A program made the translations under genes and the position numbers. Below, piece after piece: positions 1-11,000 of a stretch of 49,508 nucleotides of DNA. Every line of letters begins with the position of its first letter. The stretch's first letter is position 1. The notes beneath the pieces were generated by a model. That model was given only the letters and a program-made list of their open reading frames with translations. It did not search any database and was not told the DNA's origin. This stretch comes from Octopus bimaculoides (Eukaryota), in assembly GCF_001194135.2 (NCBI RefSeq), contig NC_068981.1, positions 191,830,818 to 191,880,325 on the forward strand. The letters run 5' to 3'.

Positions 1-47
<47 letters not shown>
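1..47. repeat. (TA)n microsatellite
   Basis: Direct reading. Confidence 0.95.
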
Positions 48-51
<4 letters not shown>

Positions 52-2721
52 TTATATATGTATATATATCATCATTATTTAACACCTGCCTTCCATGTGT
101 ATGTAAATGAATGATAAAAATAAAAACTGTGGTAATAGCTAATTTAAAGTATCATTTTCATAATGAATTACACCAACAAACTTTTCAGTATGAAGCTTTT
201 AGTCATTTGTATCATTTATTTTACTTATCTATCTATATTATACATATACTTTAATACTATGTTAACACTCAGAATATCAATATCACACGCATAACTTGTA
301 AAATAAAAGCTTAATCATTGTGATTTACTTAGTTTTATACATTGATATTCTTAGCCACTTCTTGCTAAGCTGCTAATTCCTCAGTGATGCTATTTAATTG
401 AAATCAATTAGTACAGGGCTGCTATTGTTTTAATTTCTTTTTTTAATTTCAATGTATCTTTTATTCTATGATTTAAAGGTCTACAAATATTGTCCTTTTC
501 AAATTATTTCAGAAGCAAACTTTAAAATATTCCATACTGTTAGAAGAAATTGTTGTTCAGCAGTGAACTTAAATTTAATTTACCATCATTTTGACTCATT
601 TGCATTTTTATTTTGGGGAAAACTGTGTAGAATGTGAACAGAGGTTATAGACTTTATTTTTATCTCCTATATCATTATCATCATCACCATCATCTTCATA
701 TGTCACAAGTTCTATGCTGGAGTGGGTTAGCTGGTTTAACAGCTATTGTATTCCTTGCTTGTTCAGTTCATCTTTTACTGTTCCTATTACATTGTGTTGG
801 TCATGTATGGTATCAAGATATTTAAAGGTTTGTGTTTTGTAGATTGTTTTTATGTTGATAGAAGAGAGATTGAAGATGCATATTGGGAAAAGTATAGTTG
901 GTAATGGATCTTGTGTATTGCTTGCATTCTTCACAAGTAATACAGAATATTCTTAAATGTTTTTCCAGCCATAGAATAAGATTAATGATCTCTTAAAATT
1001 AGTTCTACATTATAGCTTTGATTTTCTCATCAGTTCCAAATAAGTTTAATCTATACTAGCTGCTAATTCTACATCACATGTTCATGGGACAATGTAAGTT
1101 ACTAAAATTATTGAAGGCAATATAGTGGTTGCATGGATAACATATTGAATTACTGACTCACAGGGCATGGGTTCAAGATCCACTTCTAATGTTACATAAT
1201 GCTTTTGTTCATAGCACATTTGTTTTGGTCTGTTTACCTGGAAAAACTACCTATCACTCCCATTTCATGAGATGCTTATAAATTAGATGTTCTCAGCCAA
1301 AATGTTCATATTTGCAGAAACAACCAAAACATGATAGCATGAAAAACAGGATGTAAATGAGGTAATATTTCTAAAAATCTCCATTTGCTCCACTGCCAAA
1401 TTTTTCCCTTTCCAAGAATTAGTATCTAGCCTTCCTTTGTGCTATACCTTTTCTTCATTTCTTCTATTTCAACTAATTCCATCCCAGTTCTACAAAGAAT
1501 GATGTGCTGAACTACATAATTTCTGTTCAACACTATATGAAGCAATACCTAAATGCTTGAGATGATCTGTTAAACAAAATTATAATTTTTCCATATTATT
1601 AGCCACAACTTTACACATGAAATACTTTTTCGATGTTTACAGTACACTTTGTTTCAGTCAGCTTGATTTCTGATTGTTATCATTTGTCCTGTTCCTGGTT
1701 ATGTACATAGTACCAGACTAGGTTCCAACTAGAAACTCTTATTTAGGAACTAATGTTAACAATGCTCTTATCCCCCAATCCATTGACACACTTATTCACC
1801 TTGTCCCTTGTGGACAAGAGCATTATTAATATTAGTCTCAAAGGTGTCTAATTCAAATGTAGCCTGTGATTGTACACATTCAGAAATAAGACATTTAATT
1901 ATAGAGATTAAACCAATTAAAACTGTAGATTTAAATGATACAAAAATATTTCATGTGAAACATTGTAATTCTTATATGAAGCAATTTGTAGAAAACTTGC
2001 TAAAAATTAAAAAAAAACAACTTATAATTAATTTATTCAGATGAATTTTTTTCCCATTATTTCCTGTTTTATTCTTCAAAATTTACCATTAGACTTCATA
2101 TTACAATTAGGAATTTTTATTTTATAGGCTCAATGAAATCATTTTACTTTAGTTTATTCATGAAATAATGGGTTCCTACACAGTACTTCTTGTAGTGATT
2201 TCTTAGACTTACTTCATAAATATAATCAAAGCTAAGTTTTACACTGTGTCTATTGTCTCCAACTTATCTAGCTGTCTTAACAACGTGATATAATGGTTGA
2301 TGTAAAGTAGTAGTGGTAATGGGGTATCTCTCTTTAAAATAAATGAAAACAAATCTACAGACTGAAAAATTCTGTCTGCAACTAGATATTATTCTGATTT
2401 TCTTTACTTTTTCTTTTTTAAAATTCACTTTACATATTCCAAATTATCTGTACCATAATGTCCTCAAAACTGGAAATCTCTTTAATTTTCTGATTGAAAG
2501 TCTCATAGTTTCTGTCGAGGAAATATTTTTTTCTTTTATTGAAAAAGACAGTGTCTAGCACAATCAGCTACTTCATTTTCCATGTTTCTGTCCTCCCCAC
2601 TGTCTTTCTCTTCAACAAGGATTTCTCTAAGCATTATTTAAAATAATGTTGTATTTGTCATGCAGATCACTTTACACACTCCTGTTCAACCGTTGTCTTC
2701 ATATCTTTATTTTATTTCTCA

Positions 2722-2724
<3 letters not shown>

Positions 2725-2764
<40 letters not shown>

Positions 2765-2774
2765 NNNNNNNNNN
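2725..2774. repeat. (TC)n microsatellite running into a 10-N assembly gap (2765-2774)
   Basis: Direct reading. Confidence 0.95.
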
Positions 2775-4209
2775 TTTCTGGTGTCGTTAAAAAAAAAAAA
2801 ATCAATTTAAATGATTATTGAAATTAATTAGAGAGTTGAATCCTGCAAACAGTACAAATGAGAATTTACTAAGAAGGTAAGTGATAGAGCATCATTAATT
2901 CCAGTAAATTATTTTACTATATGTTTTTATTTTGTAAAAATATATAATTTAAAGTAATTTGCTCAGTGAAAGAACTTTTCTATTTTCTTATTTATGATGG
3001 ATAATACACATTAGCTTTTAATTGTGACGAACTTGTATTTCATTTATTATCAACAGAAACAAGACAATGAAAATATCTAGTTTTTATATAAGAGAAAAGA
3101 AAGGAATTATTCTAAAATTATGGTGTTCTCAATAAAAAATATCTTTTGCATGAATTTGAAAATTGTTTTTGGGATTCTGTAATTGTGCCATTCCTATAAA
3201 ATTACGTGGCATTGATATTTTTGACACCATTCATGTACAATTGTTTGTTTATTCTTATATATTAAAAAAAAAAAAAAAAAGAAATTCTGTGTTGCAAAGA
3301 ACCATAGATTGATTTCATTGATAAAAGTAATGTAGATAATTGTCTGCTCATCATCTTATGTAAATTGATACATCAATTTATTTGTTTTTATATTGGACAA
3401 CTCAAGCATCACAAAATGTATTTTTGTTAACCTATAATACAGCCAATTCTGTCTTCCAGTTTCTATTAATATATATTGTTATTCTCAGCAATAATAATAA
3501 CTAGGACGAAGTTGAGTATTTCAGGATTGTATTTTAGTGAAAGCTATAACAAAATCAGCAGCTTCATATTAAAGGTTACAGACACTCAGATATGGCCTGA
3601 AATAGGTACATTCTGCTATTTTGATGACATTATTGGCACTGTAGTATAAATCTTAACATTAGCAGCCTCATACTAAAGCTTATGAACAATCAAATGTCTG
3701 CTGGAAGTAGGTACATTCTGTTATATAGATGACATAATTGATACTAGACCTGAAGTAATTAGTAATATATTGCCTAAAGTTAAAGGGAAGATGAGAAGAT
3801 TTTAGAAACCAAGGGGTTATCAGACAATATGAGAAATATGTTAAAAATGTATTCAGTATAGCAGTAAAGTGTGTTTAATGAGGACACTGCAGTGGTTTGA
3901 AAGGACTGAAATGTTTAATCCCAAGTTGAGCCTTATTTGTTTTTAATGACTCCATCAAAGGGGGAAAAAGGCAATAAATATGACTGTTTTAAGGGCCTCC
4001 AAAGATGATAGAAGGAAGGTGGGAAATTGTCTTTAAGCTGGTGACCTGACTAGATTACTTGCAGCAGAGTAACCTCCACTAAAAGTATCCAAAGGCCCAG
4101 GTGGTAGTGAACAGGACCATAATCAAAGGCATTCCATTTGAGACCATCCTACCTTTTGCTGTATCTAGAACTACATTGCTTGATCTAATTTGAGGGGAAT
4201 TTGCTATTT

Positions 4210-4600
4210 CTTGATTTGTCTAATGATTGTGTCCATTGTTATTGAAGGAGAGATGGACATGACCCCACTGGAGAAAGTTTTTGAGGTCTCTGTTCATAAA
4301 GTCAGTGCAAGTTTGGTGTGAAGTGTCTTGGCTGCATGTGGATGGTACTTTGGTGTGAAAAGGGAGGAAGAGTGAGTGTTGATGGAGTTGATAGGAAGTA
4401 GGTCAGTGATGTGAGGGACAGAACTGAGCCTTGGGGCACATCAGATTTGATAGGGTATGGATCAAAGAGAGAGAGAGCTCCATTAGTAGTGGTGTGATTG
4501 ACAGGTAGCTGTCAATCCAAGAGATGATAGAACTAATATTTTACATGTTGCTAGGAGATTTGCATGCCAGACATGGCAAAATGCTTTGCTAATACTTTAA
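4210..4600 (-). mobile_element. CR1/Jockey-group LINE reverse transcriptase fragment
   Basis: ISKAFCHVWHANLL, WIDSYLS, DVPQGSVLS and NRDLKNFLQWG in the expected order. Confidence 0.75.
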
Positions 4601-4859
4601 TCTCAGGTACCTTTCTGACTATTTGCTGCCCTTTCATATGGTATCGGGTCTCCACTTACATGATATACCCAAAATACTTTACCAATCTACTGCCACTCAG
4701 CCTTTTTAAAAAATTAATATTGCACATTTACTTCCAGTTCATTTCTTGAAATCAATGAGAATCTAGGGGATTTGCTTGATCTGCTAGAAGTAACTGTTTT
4801 CAGCATTGAATCACACCATACCATCTTTACAAAGGAAAGACACTGCTCTGAGCATTTTA

Positions 4860-5030
4860 CTTTGAGGACATGATAGCAGTACTCCATTGTAGGTTTCACC
4901 TAATGAGGGGTAAGGGTAGTGAAGTATTTACTGCCCTGGAAGGTGCAGGCTAGATTTTATGAAGTTTTGGCAATGTTACTGGTATGTGTCTGTTGAAAGA
5001 AATCCTCAGCCATGGTAAGACCCAAGACTG
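4860..5030 (-). mobile_element. CR1-group LINE fragment, post-RT region
   Basis: VLGLT...NIAKTS...KYFT...VKPTMEYCYHV resembles the LG...IAK...RP.LEYCS.VW motif. Confidence 0.6.
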
Positions 5031-6229
5031 TTACTTATAATGACATTAAACGTTCTAGTTGTGCACTGTTTATGTTTAGAGTTGGTAAGCTGTAAAATTA
5101 GTATAATTTAGCATTGTCCACTCTAGTACCTCCTAATAGCCACATATATGTGGACAGAACTCTGGTTATGCAGACAATAGTCTTAGGATATTGCATTTGA
5201 TGCAGTGTATGGTTGGGTTGAGTAAATTGGTTTGAAGTTAGGCCAAAGGATGACATACCCAAGCTGTGTATAGTGAAATGTTTGTTTTGTTCCTCTTTAG
5301 ATCTGCTTAGTCAAAATTCATATTGACTATTCAACAATAGTAACAACAACAACAGCAGCAGCAGCACAAGTTAAAGTAGGTGCATTTGTATCAGATGAAG
5401 TACAGAAGAAAATGGATGGAATAATCTGTTGTCTGGAGTAATTACAAAGAATAGATTGAAAACAACATTTTGAAATAAATAGCATTAAATCTTATTTGAA
5501 AGAGACAATTATTGAGGCTGCTTAGAGGACTGATGAATAATTATTTTAGAAATAAATTTAATTAGTTGACAAATGATTGTCATTAGATGAAAACTTGTTG
5601 AAGGAGAGAGAGAGAAGATAGATGATACTGTAAATTTATTACATTAGTCCTACCAGTGAAAATACTCTGTTCATTTGTTTCTTTTGCATAGTGTTAGTTT
5701 TTCCATGCTAGCATTGCTTAGATGAGAGATAAATGCAGGAAGATTTTTATAGCTCAATGCTCTTCCTATCACCAACTCTTTCCTATTTTACAAGTAAGGG
5801 ATTTTAAAAATTTTATTCTAGAGGAATTTAAAAGCACAGAGCTCACAGATGATTTATTGACAAGAAATGTTAACAGATGTCGCTGGTTGCAGCCTAGTCA
5901 CAAATGGTGATGTTGCCATCTGTGACTGCAGCTCAGCACAGACGTTAGACAGACACACACACACTCATGGATGCTCAAGTACATTTATGCATATTCATTA
6001 CTTTCAGTTTCACTCTACTAAATTTCCTGACAAAGCATTCGTCAACTTCGAGCTTTGGTAGAAGATATTTTCCCAAAGAGCTGTGCAGTGACAAATAAAC
6101 CTCTTAGCCACGCTGTGTTTATGTAATGCGTAATAATTGACCTCTTCCCTTATATTTTTGGTTTGTGCTTAATATACTTGCCAGTAAATTTAGTTATTTG
6201 CATGTGTATTCTTAAAAAAAAAAAAAATT

Positions 6230-6376
6230 AAGGTCTGGCTGTGTGTTTACGAAACTTGCTTCTCAGCCATGTGGTCTTTTGTTCAGTTACACTATGTAGC
6301 ATCTTGAACAAGTGTCTTTTACTATAGGCCCTGGTTGACCCTGTGAGTGGATTTGGTAGATGGAAACTGAAAGAAT

Positions 6377-6412
<36 letters not shown>

Positions 6413-6638
6413 TGTCTTGATATCACATGATGATTGTAAACAAGCATCACTGTCATACAAGTGATGTTCATTTCTAGTCTTCTATGAAAACATGTCTGGC
6501 TATGGAAAAATATTACCTTGCTTGAAAATGGGTAAGGATTGGTGACAGGAAGAGCATCTGAACATAAACTCTGCCTCAATAAATTCTATGTAACTCATGC
6601 AAGTATGGAAAAGTGGGCATTAGGACTATGACGATAAT
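6230..6638 (+). mobile_element. tRNA-derived SINE family A with tail type 2
   Basis: A/B-box-like head, GTGGATTTGGTAGATGGAAACTGAAAGAA core, (TG)15, RTE-like 3' end. Confidence 0.75.
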
Positions 6639-7881
6639 GGTCTATTTGTACACTTCCTTCTTTATGACAATATACATAGTTTGCTTCCAGGTCAGTCTTT
6701 CTGGAAAATACTATCTTTTACTAACGTCTATATCTTGCAACCTCTTTCTCTCTCCCCATCTAACTAATCTCTGTTATTCAGATTACATCCTCTATTTTAA
6801 TATGGAATCAACTCCATTTGTTTTTCCCTTTGATACACATATAATAATGACTTCCATTTAAAATTATTTTTATTTATGTGTTGTAGATGGCAGGATCAGT
6901 AGACAAAATAAGTACTTGTTAAACATTGGGGGTTGATTTTAAATACCAATATACTTAAAAGCAGTAGCCTAGCATGGCCACAGCTTCTTTGACTAAAGCC
7001 AGTAAAAGAATAAGATTCACTAAATAACATTGCTTCACACTGTAAATTGATATGTCAGCCACATAACAATAGTTACTGTATGGGGCTATTATGGGCATGT
7101 ATGTTTTTCATTTTTATGAATAATTTAAATAGCGTAATAAAATATAATCTTCACATTTATAAATTGAATATAGTCCAGTATTTTCTCCTTTTTGTTTGTC
7201 ATATTTTTTAAACCAAAACAAGAATTTAGTTGCAATATAGATTCACTTCTTTTAACCACATTCTTCTCAGCTAGTGCCATCCTTTACAATGGCTTGCCAT
7301 AAGTATGTTGATGTGAATTATATGCAGCAGACTATCCTATTGCAATTTTACTTTTCACTGTTAGTCTGGTTGGCAAGCTAAGGGTGGTGGTATTCTGTCA
7401 CTTGCCCTAAATAATGGGATGGTGGAAAGAAGTATTTTCTTACATGTCGGGATTGATTAGTAATTTCCAGTTCTGATTCAGCAAGGAGGAAAACTTACAT
7501 TGTTATTCTTTCCTTTTTTTCTTTTATCTTAGAATTAATTTGAATTATATAATTATCTAAAAAATAATTACATTATGTTTAGAAAAACTATTCTTGAATG
7601 AAGGTTATTTATATTTCAGTGTTACATGTTTGGTTTTTTCTATATTCTGTAATTCAAATATAGAAAAGTTCAGACTTTCCCATCCAGTTTTTAAGTGTTG
7701 AAGATATTTATAGAAACAAATTTTATTCCACTTAGTGGAAGAAAGCTTATAATAGTTTCTGAAGCATTGATATTATTCTATAATTTCTAATAATTTTAGT
7801 TACAAGATATCTAAGAATTTATCTGTATATTTGCTCACCATAATCTTAATGCTACTAATTTCATTTTTTTTTTCTTTTCAG

Positions 7882-8056
7882 AGTGACAGTTGTCCCAGTT
7901 CAATTGGTTGTAGCTCCACCACTCACTACTGGTCTTCATCTTCCCAGAACGTGCCACTACTCAATGGGGATCATTCCAAAAATGACATTTGCTCTGAGCG
8001 AAAAGAAGCAACTTTGCCTCGATTATCAGCCTATCCTGTTGTCCCAAGAACCACAG
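7882..8056 (+). CDS. CDK14: CDK14 N-terminal exon (SDSCPSS...VVPRTT), phase 0 to 1
   Basis: Strong acceptor (TTTTTTTTTTCTTTTCAG) and donor (CAG|GTATGT); open frame; phase 1 end matches the next exon. No recognisable homology. Confidence 0.7.
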
Positions 8057-11000
8057 GTATGTAGTTTGAATTTTCTTTCTTTTGCTTTTCAGGTGCAGGC
8101 ATGGCTGTGTGCTGACGAAGCTCACTTTGCAACCTTGTGGTTATGGGTTCATTCCTTGGGCAAGTGTCTTCTACTACAGCCACAAGCCAACCAATGCTTT
8201 GTGAGTAAATTTGGTAAACAGAAACTGTGCAGAAGCTTATTGCGTGTGTGTGAGAGATTGTTTGTCCCCACTACTGCATCACAACCTGTGTTGTTTGTTT
8301 ACACTCCCATAACTTAGTGGTTCAGGAAAAGATATTGATAGAATACATAAATAGCACTATTTGAGCGTGATCGTTACCAGCGTCGTCCTACTGGCACTTG
8401 TGCCGGTGGCACGTGAAAAAACATTCGAGTGAGATCATTGCCAGTGCCGCTGGACTGGCTCCTGTGCAGGTGGCACGTAAAATACACCATTTTGAGCGTG
8501 GCCGTTGCCAGTACCGCCTGACTGGCCTTCGTCTTGGTGGCACGTAAAAGCACCCACTACACTCTCGGGGTGGTTGGCATTAGGAAGGGCATCCAACTGT
8601 AGAAACTCTGCCAGATCAGATTGGAGCCTGGTGCAGCCATCTGGTTCGCCAGTCCTCAGTCAAATCATCCAACCCATGCTAGCATGGAAAGCGGACGTTA
8701 AACGATGATGATGATGGTATAAAGTTTAGTATTATTCCAACATTATCTCTCTAATGATAGCAATGTAAGGTGTGTAAACATGGCTGTGTAGTTGAGAACC
8801 TTGCTTTCCAGTTATGTGGTCTTGGGTTCAGTTACACAGCATGGCACCTTGGGCAAATCTCTTCTACTGTAACCCCAGGCCCACCAAAGTCCTATGAGTA
8901 GATTTGGTAGATGGAAACTAAAAGGAAGTTTATTGTTTGTGTGTACTCTTGTCTACAAGATATCATATAATGGTTATTAATGAGCATTACCATCAAGCAA
9001 GCAAGGTTGGTCATTTTTCAGTCTGCCAGGAAAAACATGTCTCGCTCTGGGAAAATATTATCTTGCTTGAAAACAGGTGGTGGTTGGCAGCAGGAAGGGC
9101 ATCCAACTGCAGAAAATATGCCTCAACAAATTTCATCTGACTCATGCAAGCATAAAAAAGTGTATGTTAAAAGGTGATGATAACAATGATGATGTAACTG
9201 AAGTAAAAACATTGGTGAATTAATTTAGTTCCCCAAGCACTTGTCACCAATCATGCAATCTTTAAATTTTGATGATTTGAAACTAATTTTGCAATTAATA
9301 GGTAATGTTTGTCAGGTATATATTATTTAGCCAAATGTTGTTTAGAAGTGATTTGATTAAGAACTAAAATAATATTAAAAAAAAACAAACTTGGATTGAT
9401 AATATATTGTAAATTCCATCAAATAGGAAAAAAATATTGTCATGTTATTTTGTCTTTTGCACAATTTTTGGTGTGAGGTATTGTATTGAAACAGATATTG
9501 TTGTATCTTGGGTGGCTCCTTATTCCAATAATAAACACACACTGGTTCTATATTACTTTTATCATTATTTGTCAACCAAACCATTTAATTAAGTGATTAA
9601 TCATTTGGTCAGTCCATCAATCGGCTTCATCAGAGTCCTTTCTTTGCTGTTCATGACTTCATCATTGACATGCCCTCTCTAACCATTCACACAAATATGC
9701 ATATGCATGGACTTCTTTCAGTTTCCATTTACCAAATTCCCTCACAAGGCATTTGTTGGCCTAGGGCTATAGTATAAGATATTTGCATATTGAACTATGG
9801 AGTGGGATTGACTCCAAATCTATATGGTTAAGAAGCAAATGTAGGATGAGGTTGTGAATGACAATGAAAGGACTGTGATGAACCTGACTGAATGATTAAT
9901 TAAATCACCAGTTAATCAATTGGTTAACTAGTTGACTAATAATAAAAGAAATGAAATAGAGCCAGAGTATGTTTATTATTGGCATAATGACCCTCCCAGA
10001 GTACAACACAAAAAAGTCTTGTTAATTTGTCTGTAAAATCCATGTGGCATTATTGACAAAAATCACTTGCAAAATTTCATTTTCCAATATATTTTAATGG
10101 TGTAGGCATGGCTGTGCGGTGAAGAGGTTCACTTCTCAATCATGTGAATTTGGATTCAGTCCCACAGCATAACCCTGGGCCTTGTGAGAAAATGTGATAG
10201 ATGGAAACTGAAAGAAGCCTGTTAAATATATTATGTGTGTGTGTGTGTGCAAGTACACATGTATGAGCATGCCTAGATGCATGTTTGTGTGAATGCTTAC
10301 AAAACTACACGGAGCTACAGCTATGGATGGTGACTTTTGTTTCAGCTATAATTTGTGACATCATCCTTTGTAATTGCACTGCAACTGATGATGTTTGTTG
10401 ACATCATTTCCTGTTAACAAATCATCTGCTAGCTCTGTTTCATTTTTTTTATTTTCTCAAACAAAATACCCCTTATTTTGTGTGAGGGTTGGCAACAGGA
10501 AGTGCATCCAGCTGTAAAAATCCTGCCTCAAATTTACTTCTATATAAGTCATGCTAGCATGGAAAAACAGATGTTAAATGGATGATTTTAAAGTAGTAAA
10601 TCATTTTACTTTTTAAGATTTTGCCATTTGCACAGCATAGAACAGAAATTCCTACTGCTTTAAAAGAATTCCTGAAGCTTTAATTGTAGAAGATGGTTAG
10701 GATATTAGAGACAGCACTGAATAAAGTTGAATGCAGAATGAAACCAATCTGGTGTGTGATCTCTATTGACATTACAGTCATAATGTAAAAGATTTGGATT
10801 AGATTAGCAGATTATTAGGTAAATTTAGAGAAGTGAATATATAGGAGAAAAACATAGAAAGAAACTTAAAGTGATATGAAAAGTTTAGCATGATTAGGAA
10901 GTGAATGTCTTTCTGAATATTGAACAGAATTTTCTGTAAGTTGAGAGGGTATCTAATGTTTAAAAAGTATTGATCTAAATTTGGATTTGTGTAGCATTAT

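Noticed and set aside
5301-5445. Possible exon after CCTCTTTAG (ICLVKIHID...MDGIICCLE*)
   Set aside because: It ends in a stop, contains (AAC)n/(AGC)n simple repeats, and has no suitable donor or homology.
7883-8317. 144-aa ORF, the longest in the track
   Set aside because: It is the +1 frame of a CDK14 exon running on through the donor into a SINE; not supported as an independent gene.
8354-8560. CRISPR-like or hammerhead interpretation of the tandem units
   Set aside because: Eukaryotic context, no unique spacers, and no CUGAUGA/GAAA core.
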